A DNA stretch of 64,000 nt from an uncultured Nitrosopumilales archaeon (GTDB lineage: Archaea; Thermoproteota; Nitrososphaeria; Nitrososphaerales; UBA213): the NCBI GenBank assembly GCA_964373125.1, contig CAYJSN010000005.1, forward strand, positions 12,958-76,957, given 5' to 3'. Each line of letters starts with the position of its first letter. Positions within the stretch are counted from its first letter, which is position 1. The translations under genes were made by a program, and so were the position numbers. Shown one piece after another: positions 55,272 through 64,000 of this stretch. Below the pieces are notes generated by a model. That model saw nothing but the letters and a program-made list of their open reading frames with translations, searched no databases and was not told where the DNA came from.

Positions 55272-56852
55272 GTGATAATTCTGGCAACCAAGGGCATAAG
55301 GGTCCGGGCCATCGCGGTCGCGCTCAGGCTGCTGCCCGTTGTTATACACTTCAAGCGGGACAGGCGGGAGTGGGTAAGGAAGGAAGGCAAGAACATCGAC
55401 GAAGCCAAGTTCCGAAAGCACGCAAGGAAGGCCGTCAACACCTTCATCGGGCTCGGTCCGTCTTTCGTGAAGCTCGGCCAGTGGCTCTCGACGAGGGCCG
55501 ACCTGCTGCCGGAGCCGTACCTGGAGGAGTTTGCAAAGCTGCAGGACGATGTGCCGCCGGCGCCGTTCGAGGAGGTCAGGCAGATCATCGAGCAGGAGCT
55601 GGGTCCCATCGGGCAAGCATTCGATCACTTCGATCCTAGTTGCATATCCGGCGCGAGCCTCGGCCAGGTCTACAGGGCGAGGCACAACGGCAAGGAGGTT
55701 ATCGTCAAGGTCAACAGGCCCAAGATACACGAGATGGTCGAGCGCGACATCGAGGTGCTGAAGCGGCTGCTCCCTATTGGGGTACGATTCGTGGATCCCA
55801 ACATCGGGTTCTCGGCCGAGTCGATGTTTGCGCAGTTCAGGGAGACCGTCCACGAGGAGATGGACTACAAGGTCGAGGCCGAGAACCTGCTCAGGATAAA
55901 GCGGAACCTGCGCGGCGAGCCGAGGGTGATAATTCCCAACCTGATACCGGAAAGGAGCACCGGCAGGGTTCTCACACTCGAATACGTGCCGGGGGTGAAG
56001 GTGACCGACGGGAAGCGGCTCGACGAGATTGGGGTGGACAGGGCCAAACTCGTAGTCAGGGTGCACAGGCTCTTCTTCAAGATGCTCCTTCAGCATGACA
56101 TATTCCACGCCGACCCGCACCCGGGCAACATCTCCGTGGCCGACGACGGTTCAATCATACTCTACGACTTTGGGATGGTGGGCCGTCTCGACAACGAGAC
56201 ACGGCTCAGGCTGGTGAGGCTCTACCTATCGCTGGTGGAGAAGGACCCGGCCAAGACTGTAAACGTGCTCCAGAGCCTCGGCACCCTGGCGCCGGAGGCC
56301 AACCGCTACGTCATAGAGAAGGGGATCGGGCTCTCCATACAGGGCATGCACGGAAAGAAGGTCGACGAGATGGAGGTCAAGGCGCTGATGGAGCTCGCCA
56401 ACAGGACGATGTCGCGGTTTCCATTCCGGCTGCCGAAGGAGCTGGCGCTCTACATGCGGATGGCCTCGATAATGGAGGGCATCTACATGTCGCTGAAGGT
56501 GGAGTTCCGGTTCGTGAAGATCCTAAGGTCGCTGCTGGAGGAGGAAGGCCTGATGAGGGAAGCGTACGTTGAGGAAATGAAGGACACCTTCAACAGGGTA
56601 GCGAAGGGACTGAGCGACTCGATAACGATCGCCCCGATGCTCAAGACCTTTCTGGAGAACGCGAACAACCACGGCACGATGCTGAACGGCAAGTCGGGCA
56701 GGAACACGATAGTGGCCGGCAGCATACTTTCTTCGTCGGTCATAATCGGCTCCTCGATCGTGATGCAGTCCAACCCGGTGCTGGGACAGATCGGCTTGGC
56801 GGCTGCTGCGGCGATAATGGGCGCATCCCTCCTGATGAACAGAAAGCACTAG
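55272..56852 (+). CDS. ABC1/UbiB-family atypical protein kinase
   Basis: 526 aa with a GTG start. FIGLGPSFVKLGQWLSTRADLLP, ASLGQVYRA, HADPHPGN, DFGMVG, and C-terminal TM helices. Confidence 0.85.
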   Translation: MIILATKGIRVRAIAVALRLLPVVIHFKRDRREWVRKEGKNIDEAKFRKHARKAVNTFIGLGPSFVKLGQWLSTRADLLPEPYLEEFAKLQDDVPPAPFEEVRQIIEQELGPIGQAFDHFDPSCISGASLGQVYRARHNGKEVIVKVNRPKIHEMVERDIEVLKRLLPIGVRFVDPNIGFSAESMFAQFRETVHEEMDYKVEAENLLRIKRNLRGEPRVIIPNLIPERSTGRVLTLEYVPGVKVTDGKRLDEIGVDRAKLVVRVHRLFFKMLLQHDIFHADPHPGNISVADDGSIILYDFGMVGRLDNETRLRLVRLYLSLVEKDPAKTVNVLQSLGTLAPEANRYVIEKGIGLSIQGMHGKKVDEMEVKALMELANRTMSRFPFRLPKELALYMRMASIMEGIYMSLKVEFRFVKILRSLLEEEGLMREAYVEEMKDTFNRVAKGLSDSITIAPMLKTFLENANNHGTMLNGKSGRNTIVAGSILSSSVIIGSSIVMQSNPVLGQIGLAAAAAIMGASLLMNRKH

Positions 56853-56882
56853 CCGCCACTAGATTCCCTTGATATAGAATTA

Positions 56883-57272
56883 CTACTCGATCTTGATCTC
56901 GCTTACGCCGGTGATCGGGATCCGTATCTCGAGGACACCCTGCCTGTAGGTCGCCTTTGCCGCTGCCTCCTTTCCCTCCTCGCCCACCTTCATCGGGAGC
57001 GGGATCTTCTTCTCTGCCCTGAGCGGCCTCTGCTGCCAGTAGGAAGAGCCGGCATGTTCGACCGGTTCGCGCTTTGCGCTTATCGTCAGCACCCTATCGG
57101 ATATCCTCACGCTGATATCGTCCTTCGAGAAGCCTGCCATGTCCGCAAGTATGACAAGCTCGTTGCCGTCCTCGACTATATCGACCGGGGGCATCACGAA
57201 CTCGAAGAACTCCCTCGACTTGTTGCCTATCTCCCTGATCAACTCGCGTGCCATGTACCTACCTAGGCCCAT
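56883..57272 (-). CDS. Hsp20/alpha-crystallin small heat-shock protein
   Basis: ORF trimmed to the ATG at 57272. PPVDIVEDGNELVILADMAGFSKDDISVRI...ATYRQGVLEIRIP. Confidence 0.85.
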   Translation of the reverse strand: MGLGRYMARELIREIGNKSREFFEFVMPPVDIVEDGNELVILADMAGFSKDDISVRISDRVLTISAKREPVEHAGSSYWQQRPLRAEKKIPLPMKVGEEGKEAAAKATYRQGVLEIRIPITGVSEIKIE

Positions 57273-57334
57273 GCCAAGTATTTGAGCATTTGTTGATATA
57301 AGTTTTTTATTCGATTTCACGCTAGATAGATGGT

Positions 57335-58240
57335 TTGCTTGACAAGCTGATCGATTCCGCAACCTCCGCCGATGACAAGAGTTTCTTCCAGCTCATCAGG
57401 AGAGCAGCCGACTTGCAAGGACAGGAAAGGAAGGACGGTGTTGTTGGAAGCGCCGCTGTCAGCGGCGGCCTCGTCAAAATCAGGCCCGGCGGCAGGTTGA
57501 TTCTTGTGGGAGACCTGCACGGCGACCTGCAGAGCCTTGCCACTATACTAAAGGGTAGTAAATTTCTCGACGACCCTGCAGGCATGATTGTTTTTCTCGG
57601 CGACTACGGCGACAGGGGCGCGGAGTCGGTCGAAATTTATCATGTCGTGCTGAGCCTTAAAGCAAAGTTTCCTGAGCGCGTCATACTGATGCGCGGCAAC
57701 CACGAGGGACCAAAGGACATGGCATTTTTTCCGCACGACCTGCCAGACCAGATAATGGAAAGGTTCGGCCGCGCCGGCGATTCGATCTACGGATACCTCA
57801 GGATACTGTTCGACCTCATGCACCACGGTGTCTTGGTCGAGGGCTCTTACCTGATCCTGCACGGCGGCGTGCCAACAAATTTCAGTGCGGTCGACGACAT
57901 CGCCAACGCGCACAGGACGCATCCGGAAACAACCTACCTGGAGGAGATACTCTGGAACGACCCGAAGGAGATGAAGGGTACATCGCCGTCAGCGCGGGGC
58001 TACGGAAGATACTTCGGCAAGGATATCACGGAGCGGGCGCTGCAGGTAACGGATACCAATGCTCTGATCAGGGCCCACGAGCCCTGCAACGGGTACAGGC
58101 TGAACCATGACGGGCTGGTGCTGACTTTGTTCTCCTGCAAGGCGCCCTACGGCAACACCAATGCATCCTATCTGAAGCTGGGCGAGAAGGACTACAGCCT
58201 AGACGGAGAGGGGCTCGCTAAGATCGTAGAATTAATCTGA
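57335..58240 (+). CDS. PPP-family serine/threonine protein phosphatase (metallophosphoesterase)
   Basis: 301 aa with a TTG start. Motifs GDLHGD, GDYGDRG and RGNHE. Confidence 0.8.
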   Translation: MLDKLIDSATSADDKSFFQLIRRAADLQGQERKDGVVGSAAVSGGLVKIRPGGRLILVGDLHGDLQSLATILKGSKFLDDPAGMIVFLGDYGDRGAESVEIYHVVLSLKAKFPERVILMRGNHEGPKDMAFFPHDLPDQIMERFGRAGDSIYGYLRILFDLMHHGVLVEGSYLILHGGVPTNFSAVDDIANAHRTHPETTYLEEILWNDPKEMKGTSPSARGYGRYFGKDITERALQVTDTNALIRAHEPCNGYRLNHDGLVLTLFSCKAPYGNTNASYLKLGEKDYSLDGEGLAKIVELI

Positions 58241-58268
58241 TACGCATTGGAATGGTCTGGAGAGATAG

Positions 58269-58859
58269 ATGCTAGTTGTAATAGAGGGAAGCGACAAGGC
58301 CGGAAAGGCCACCCAGTCCACGATGCTCGCCGAGAGGCTCTCCAAGGAAGGCTTCACCGTAGCGGTGATGAGCTTTCCCGATTATTCTACTCCGATCGGC
58401 AATGAGATAAGGGCCTTCTTGAAAGAGGAAAAGAACTGCCCTCTACCGGTCAGGCATATGCTGCTCGCCGCCAACAGGTGGGAGCGCAAGGCCGAGATCG
58501 AGCGCATGCTCAAGGAGAAAGATGTCCTGATACTGAACAGGTATTATCAATCTAACCTCGTCTACGGCCTCGCGAGCGGCCTTGAACTGGAGTGGCTCGA
58601 GTCGCTTGACTCCGGCCTGCCGAAAGCCGATGTGGTAATAGTGCTGGACGTCCCGCCCGAGGTCTCTTTGGCCAGGATGGATGATGGGGCCGACCTCTTC
58701 GAAAAGGACAGAGAGATGATGAGCAAAGTCCCCAGACTCTATAGGGAGCTTGCCAGCAAGTATGGCTGGCACATCATCAACGGCGCCCGCGGCAGGGAGG
58801 AAGTGCACGGCGATCTCGCAAAGATAGTGTGCGAAAGGATGAAACAGCAAAAGCATTAA
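58269..58859 (+). CDS. tmk: thymidylate kinase
   Basis: 196 aa. P-loop IEGSDKAGKATQ and the DRY-like LNRYYQSNLVY. Confidence 0.85.
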   Translation: MLVVIEGSDKAGKATQSTMLAERLSKEGFTVAVMSFPDYSTPIGNEIRAFLKEEKNCPLPVRHMLLAANRWERKAEIERMLKEKDVLILNRYYQSNLVYGLASGLELEWLESLDSGLPKADVVIVLDVPPEVSLARMDDGADLFEKDREMMSKVPRLYRELASKYGWHIINGARGREEVHGDLAKIVCERMKQQKH

Positions 58860-58886
58860 GCAGGTTCTTGGTCTCACCCCTCGGAA

Positions 58887-60179
58887 ATGGCATTCAGGCC
58901 CGTGGCCGAGATAAGCGATCCGATTCACGGCTACGTCTATCTTTCAAAGGTGGAGCGCGACCTTGTCGACACGCCGATCTGCCAGCGCCTCCGGCGGATA
59001 AGACAGCTCGCCGGTGCGCACCTGACCTACCCGAGCGCGCAGCACTCTAGGTTTGAGCATTCGCTGGGAACGATGCACCTGGCCGGGCGCGCAGGTGAAG
59101 TACTTCACGACAAGAACTACATCAGCGAGGACGAGATCGAGATGCTGAGGCTCGCGGCGTTGCTCCATGATATCGGGCATGGGCCATTCTCCCACCTCTT
59201 CGAGGAGGTAATGGCTGCAAGGACGAACCTGACGCACGAGGATGTGGGTGGGCGCATAATCGAGAAGACCGAGATCAAGGACATCCTGGGCAGGCACGGC
59301 TACAGCGCCAAGTCCGTGAGCAAGCTGTCCTTTGGAAAGTCGAAGACCTCCTTCCTCAACGAGGTGATCGCGGGCGGGCTCAGCGCCGACCTGATGGATT
59401 ACCTGCAGCGCGATTCATATTTTACTGGCACAGAATATGGCAAGGTCGACGCGGAGCGGCTGATAAGCTCCTTCGAGGTCCACGGCAAGCGGTTGGCCCT
59501 CGACAAGGCTGCGCTCTACTCCTTCGAGTCGCTCATGATCTCCAGGTACGAGATGTTCAAGGCTGTTTACTTCCACAAGACAGTTAGAGCGGCCGAGGTG
59601 ATGCTACTGCGCTCGATGATACTCGCAGATGAAGAATTGGGACTAACCAACCCGTCGCTCTCCAGCTACTTGGAGCTCACGGACGATGCCACGATGGTCA
59701 GGCTGGTCGAGCTGCAGCCGAAGAACGCCGACCTCAAACTGGCCGCAAGGCTGGCGAGGGACTACAGGGACAGACGGCTCTGGAAGTGCGTCTTCGAGCG
59801 CATAATTCACAAGAGCGACCGACTGGTGACGCGGGTCTTCAGCCCGAAGTACCTGCAGGCGCTTAGTGAGGAGATCGCCGCCAAAGCAGGCGTAGACCCG
59901 AACAGCATCTACGTCGATGCGTCCAAGGCACCATCGGTGCCGCTCACCCCCACAAAGGAGGAGCCGAGCTCGATATTCCTGGTGGGCAAGGGCCCCGGCG
60001 GGAGGAAGACGCACTACACGCTGAGGATCGACGAGATCCCGCTCATAAGCTCGATAGCCGGCTTCATGGACATGATCCGGGTCTACACGACCAGCGGGAA
60101 CCGCAACAGGGTGGCAAAGGCAGTGAAAAAGGTTTTAGGCGAAGAGGTTGAATCATGGTACGAAAAGGTGTCGATGTGA
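58887..60179 (+). CDS. HD-domain phosphohydrolase (SAMHD1/dNTPase-like, COG1078 type)
   Basis: 430 aa. RFEHSLGT...LLHDIGHGPFSH...DLMDYLQRDSYFTG. Confidence 0.8.
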   Translation: MAFRPVAEISDPIHGYVYLSKVERDLVDTPICQRLRRIRQLAGAHLTYPSAQHSRFEHSLGTMHLAGRAGEVLHDKNYISEDEIEMLRLAALLHDIGHGPFSHLFEEVMAARTNLTHEDVGGRIIEKTEIKDILGRHGYSAKSVSKLSFGKSKTSFLNEVIAGGLSADLMDYLQRDSYFTGTEYGKVDAERLISSFEVHGKRLALDKAALYSFESLMISRYEMFKAVYFHKTVRAAEVMLLRSMILADEELGLTNPSLSSYLELTDDATMVRLVELQPKNADLKLAARLARDYRDRRLWKCVFERIIHKSDRLVTRVFSPKYLQALSEEIAAKAGVDPNSIYVDASKAPSVPLTPTKEEPSSIFLVGKGPGGRKTHYTLRIDEIPLISSIAGFMDMIRVYTTSGNRNRVAKAVKKVLGEEVESWYEKVSM

Positions 60180-60853
60180 TGGAGCGGGTGGTCATAAAGC
60201 TCAGCGGGAGCGTCTTCACGAACGCGACCAAAGGCTCGCTGCGGCGCTACGCCAGGATGCTACGCGAGATCGGCCGCAAGGTCCAGCCCATCGCGGTCGC
60301 CGGCGGCGGCAAGCCCGCCAGGGACTATATCGAGCTGGCGCGCCAGCTCGGGGCAGACGAATCCAGCCTTGACCAGATCGGGATCGAGATCTCCAGGCTC
60401 AACGCGATGATGCTGATATTCGCCCTGGGTGACAAGGCCTACCCCTGCGCGCCCAGGAACTTGGAGGAGGTCAGCATGGCAGCCGAGACCGGCAAGATCG
60501 TCGTCACCGGCGGGCTGCACCCGGGGCAGAGCACCAACGCGACCTCGGCGCTCATAGCTGAGAAGGTGAAGGCAAGGAGCTTCATCAACGCGACCGATGT
60601 CGACGGCATCTACGACTCTGATCCAAAGAAGAACAGGAAGGCCAGGCTGATGAAGCGGGTGAGCGCAAGGGAGCTCCTGAAGATGCTCTCCAGCGGGAGC
60701 TCGGTGGCAGGAACCTACGACCTGATGGACATAGTCGCGCTCAAGGTCATCGACAGGTCGAAGATACCCACGCGGGTCATCAGGGCCGAGATCGGCACGA
60801 TAAAGCGTGCGGTCGCCGGCTCATCGGTAGGCAGCGAGATAACACTCACTTGA
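60179..60853 (+). CDS. pyrH: UMP kinase (archaeal type)
   Basis: From the ATG at 60179, which overlaps the HD gene stop (GTGATG). VVIKLSGSVF...VAGGGKPARDY...VTGGLHPGQSTNA. Confidence 0.85.
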   Translation: MERVVIKLSGSVFTNATKGSLRRYARMLREIGRKVQPIAVAGGGKPARDYIELARQLGADESSLDQIGIEISRLNAMMLIFALGDKAYPCAPRNLEEVSMAAETGKIVVTGGLHPGQSTNATSALIAEKVKARSFINATDVDGIYDSDPKKNRKARLMKRVSARELLKMLSSGSSVAGTYDLMDIVALKVIDRSKIPTRVIRAEIGTIKRAVAGSSVGSEITLT

Positions 60854-61178
60854 CCGGCTTCGTCTCGCCCCTGAACTCCCTGAAGCCGTCCTTGAGCATC
60901 TTCTCAAATATCTTCCTAGCCTGTTCCGGCTCCAGGGGCTTTGTCTGGGCCTTCGAGTATCCGTCGGCATCGCATATCAGCACCAGCATTTTGTCACCGG
61001 CGGGCTCCAGCACCACCAGCTCCTCCTCGCCGACCGGCTCGAAGTTTTCTCCCTGCTGCTTCACCGTCCTTGTAAGGAAGGCAAAGCCGGAGTACTCGAA
61101 GAGCCTGTGCTGCGCCTTCCTTGCACGATCCCTCCCCAGCAGCGATGCCTCGTGGTACTGCACAAAGAATTCTTTCAT
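60846..61178 (-). CDS. hypothetical protein
   Basis: 110-aa ORF that converges on pyrH with an 8-nt overlap. No family recognised. Confidence 0.45.
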   Translation of the reverse strand: MKEFFVQYHEASLLGRDRARKAQHRLFEYSGFAFLTRTVKQQGENFEPVGEEELVVLEPAGDKMLVLICDADGYSKAQTKPLEPEQARKIFEKMLKDGFREFRGETKPVK

Positions 61179-61269
61179 GCACGGCGTATAAGCATTTCAG
61201 TGAAGATCAAGGGTAAGCTCACCGGCCGGTCGCCCGATCAGCCGCGACGATCGGCAGTTAAAGATTTAA

Positions 61270-61842
61270 ATGATTAACAGCGCAAAGTTGGCCGTGGTTA
61301 ACAAGGCCCTAGCTGGCGCAGTGGCTGGCGCCGTCGGCATCGCGATCGCAGCAGTGGTCATCTTTGTAACAGGACCGTTCCAGCTGCCTGGACAGACAGG
61401 AACCGGGGGCGGCATGGCGCCATCACAGCAGATCATGCAGGACGTGGTCCTCTCGGTTAACAGCCTCAGCATCAAGGAGGTAAGCGACGACAGCGCGACA
61501 ATCGAGGTGGCGTTCGACCTGGTCAACCCCAACAGGAACACCCTGATCCTGGAGGAGATACAGTACGACCTGCTGGCAGACGGCGTCAGGCTTGTCAGGT
61601 CAAAGATCGGGGAAAGGCTGGAGGGCATGATAGCCGGCACCGGCCAGACATACTACGTTGTGCCAGGTACCATCCTGACGCTGAAGGACACGGTCCAGGT
61701 CAGCAAGATAAAGATCTTCGAGGAGGTCTGGGCAGGCCTCAGGAGCAACGACGTCGACTGGCGGATAACCGGCGTCTACGTGATCACCGACCCGGTAAGG
61801 AGCGGCGGCCAGGAGAAGGCCTTCGATTTCACGCTGCAGTGA
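61270..61842 (+). CDS. membrane-anchored LEA type-2 / WHy-domain protein (second copy)
   Basis: 190 aa. A TM helix is followed by SATIEVAFDLVNPNRNTLILEEIQYDLLADGVRL, the same architecture as 33138..33644. Confidence 0.55.
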   Translation: MINSAKLAVVNKALAGAVAGAVGIAIAAVVIFVTGPFQLPGQTGTGGGMAPSQQIMQDVVLSVNSLSIKEVSDDSATIEVAFDLVNPNRNTLILEEIQYDLLADGVRLVRSKIGERLEGMIAGTGQTYYVVPGTILTLKDTVQVSKIKIFEEVWAGLRSNDVDWRITGVYVITDPVRSGGQEKAFDFTLQ

Positions 61843-62023
61843 CACCCCGACCGCTCGGCCAAGACTCCAAGTTAGGAATATTTTCATCCAGTCGAAGAGC
61901 CAGTTACTCTTCCCGGGCAGCCCTGCTGTACTAATATGCAGCCTGTGCAGGATTACGTTATATTGTAATAACATCAACACATAAAAATATGATAATTTCA
62001 CACCAAGGGGGCTACGTGGTAAT

Positions 62024-62701
62024 TTGCAAACCAAGGGTCTGCCGAAACCAAACCTGGCAATCTTTGATACCTTCAAGACCAAGAGCGGCAAGTTCACCGG
62101 AGAGGCGAGGCGCCAGAGGGGGATAATCGCCCACTTGGCAACCGAGGCGAGCCCGGAGATGAAGACCAGGACGTCGATAGCGCACACGATAGCAGATAAG
62201 AGCGGCATGCTCTGGCAGAACATCTACTCCGGCATATTCCGCGACCTCGAAGAGATCCTGATCCCGCTCGGGGTGGTGAGGGAGGGCGGGCGCCTGCCGC
62301 TCAGGCGGGGACCGAAGGCGCTGCAGCAGGAGGGCGTCCCGTACTACGAGCTTACTGATGCAGGATTGTTAGTGGCTTCCTCCCTGGAGGATCTCGGCGA
62401 ATCAAGAACAAAGATCCTAGAACGATACCTGACCGGCGGAGCTCCCGATCAGGAGGAGTTCAGGAAGGGCATGCTGGTGCTCCTGAAGACGACGCCCTCG
62501 CTGGCCCTGAAGATCGTGAAAGAGTGCATACTGGCCTACGGCCAAGGCTCGCTGGAAGAGCTGGTGCCGCTCGATGCAGAGAAGATGCGCTCGGTCGTGG
62601 CCGACAAGATAAGCGTCGAGAAGGAGCTGATCGAGGCACTGATCACCCTTTCCGATGATAATAAGGAAGTCATTTCCAAGTTCATCAAGTTAATAGGTTA
62701 G
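62024..62701 (+). CDS. hypothetical protein (possible wHTH N-terminal region)
   Basis: 225-aa ORF with a TTG start. No family recognised. Confidence 0.45.
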   Translation: MQTKGLPKPNLAIFDTFKTKSGKFTGEARRQRGIIAHLATEASPEMKTRTSIAHTIADKSGMLWQNIYSGIFRDLEEILIPLGVVREGGRLPLRRGPKALQQEGVPYYELTDAGLLVASSLEDLGESRTKILERYLTGGAPDQEEFRKGMLVLLKTTPSLALKIVKECILAYGQGSLEELVPLDAEKMRSVVADKISVEKELIEALITLSDDNKEVISKFIKLIG

Positions 62702-62798
62702 GTCCGGCAGTACCGCCAACTTTGGCATTGAACTGATAAGACATTCAGTACCTTCCGCCCTAGTAAGGTTAAAATCCCTTGGCTGGTGCTTGCCCCGT

Positions 62799-63404
62799 AT
62801 GGATACGAATTCTGCCCTGGAGCGGACGATAACCAAGGTCTTAACCCAGGCCGAGGGCGACATGATCGCCCAGCTCGATTCGGCCTACGAGCAGGCCGTC
62901 AATAAATTACAATCATCTAGGGGCGAGGTCGATTCCGACTATGCCAAGATAATCGACGTCGCCAGGAAGCAGGCGGAGAACCTGAAGCGCCAGATGATCG
63001 GCAGCAGCAGGCTCTCAGCCAGGAACAGGCAGCTCCTGGCGATCGAGGACGCCGTCTCAAGGGCCTTCGAGAAGGCCAGGTCCGAGATTGACTCGGTCAG
63101 GAACACCGAAAAATATGCATCGATGACGAAGAAGCTGCTGCAAGAATCTGTCAGCGCGGTCGGCGGCGACACCGTCGTCGAGTGCAACGAGAAGGACAGG
63201 AGCCTGGTGAGCAAGCTCGTGCAGGAGCTGGAGCACAGCCTGAAGGTAAGGATGAGCATTAGCAAGGAACCGATAAACGTCCTCGGGGGCGTCAGGGTAA
63301 GGTCGAAGGACGGCTCGATGGTCTTCGAGAATACGCTCGACTCCAGGATCGAGCGGCTCAAGCCGCTAATAAAGAAAGATATAGCCAAGCTGTTCATCGG
63401 GTGA
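62799..63404 (+). CDS. atpE: A/V-type ATP synthase subunit E
   Basis: About 201 aa from the ATG at 62799. A long N-terminal helix (..[21 protein letters not shown]..) is followed by a C-terminal globular part ..[25 protein letters not shown]. Confidence 0.7.
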   Translation: MDTNSALERTITKVLTQAEGDMIAQLDSAYEQAVNKLQSSRGEVDSDYAKIIDVARKQAENLKRQMIGSSRLSARNRQLLAIEDAVSRAFEKARSEIDSVRNTEKYASMTKKLLQESVSAVGGDTVVECNEKDRSLVSKLVQELEHSLKVRMSISKEPINVLGGVRVRSKDGSMVFENTLDSRIERLKPLIKKDIAKLFIG

Positions 63405-63409
63405 TGTCG

Positions 63410-64000
63410 ATGGTAGCGAAAGGCAGGATAGTCTGGATAAGCGGGCCGGCGATCAAGGCCGATGGCATGTCGGAGGCGAAGATGTACGAGACTGTCCAGG
63501 TCGGCGAGTCCAAGCTCATCGGCGAGGTCATCAGACTTACCGGCGACGTAGCATTTGTCCAAGTTTATGAATCAACGTCCGGGCTGAGGCCCGGCGAGCC
63601 CGTCACCGGCACGGGCCGGCCGCTCAGCGTGACGCTGGGGCCCGGCGTGATCGGAAAGATCTACGACGGCATCCAGAGGCCGCTCGACGACATCGCAAAG
63701 CGCTCCGGCGCCTTCATCGGCAGGGGCATAAGCACCGAGCCGATCGACCTGCACAAGAAGTATCAGTTCACGCCTACGGTGAAGGCTGGCGACGAGCTCC
63801 AGCCGGGCAGCAAGTTCGGGGAGGTCGAGGAGACCCCGCTGCTCATGCACTCCGTCATGCTCCCGCCGGATCATCCCGGCGGCAAGGTAGTCGCTATTGA
63901 GAAGGAGGGCAGCTACGACCTCGAGCACGGGCTTGTGACGGTCCAGCACGACGGCAGGAAGCTCGAGGCAAAGATGTACCACTACTGGCCCGTGAGAAGG
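63410..64000 (+). CDS. atpA: A/V-type ATP synthase catalytic subunit A, N-terminal part (runs off the window end)
   Basis: Absent from the ORF track because no stop falls in the window. Translation is [92 protein letters not shown]... Confidence 0.9.
   Translation, partial: MVAKGRIVWISGPAIKADGMSEAKMYETVQVGESKLIGEVIRLTGDVAFVQVYESTSGLRPGEPVTGTGRPLSVTLGPGVIGKIYDGIQRPLDDIAKRSGAFIGRGISTEPIDLHKKYQFTPTVKAGDELQPGSKFGEVEETPLLMHSVMLPPDHPGGKVVAIEKEGSYDLEHGLVTVQHDGRKLEAKMYHYWPVRR

Overview
The window is a densely coded, high-GC archaeal chromosome segment. GC looks like the upper 50s percent by eye and was not computed. About 85 protein genes can be supported, many with overlapping stop/start codons and apparently leaderless promoters. 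The archaeal assignment rests on these genes: Orc1/Cdc6 next to ORB repeats, PCNA, TFS, RpoL, aCPSF1, proteasome beta, GGGP synthase, G1P dehydrogenase, the archaeal pantoate kinase / phosphopantothenate synthetase route, and A/V-type ATPase E and A subunits. The lineage cannot be fixed from sequence alone. Landmarks: (1) a predicted replication origin at 6893-7404, with three direct ORB repeats, a dense TTAAC(A) array and an AT-rich stretch, directly upstream of orc1/cdc6; (2) a tight 4-gene CoA operon (PoK-PPS-panB-coaBC); (3) two intron-containing tRNAs, Arg-CCT and Val-GAC; (4) a visibly low-GC islet next to tRNA-Val. In that islet, a 19-bp exact copy of the tRNA 3' end brackets a hicBA cassette. 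It is followed by a second tRNA-3'-half-like fragment, a truncated second hicA, an intact second hicB and an orphan 493-aa protein with a C-terminal J-domain. This islet is the best candidate for accessory or undescribed biology. Other items worth a second look are a 78-nt structured element with C/D-box-like spacing (52933-53010), twin hairpins sharing one stem sequence (9215-9297), an apparent frameshifted N-terminus of a CopD-like gene, a soluble MtrA-like corrinoid-domain protein, a cation/proton antiporter-PKD fusion, and an orphan permuted DNA methyltransferase. I did not recognise any rRNA, CRISPR array, transposase or integrase. Every call comes from reading the translations and DNA by eye. 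No database search was run, and start codons are often uncertain because GTG/TTG starts are frequent.
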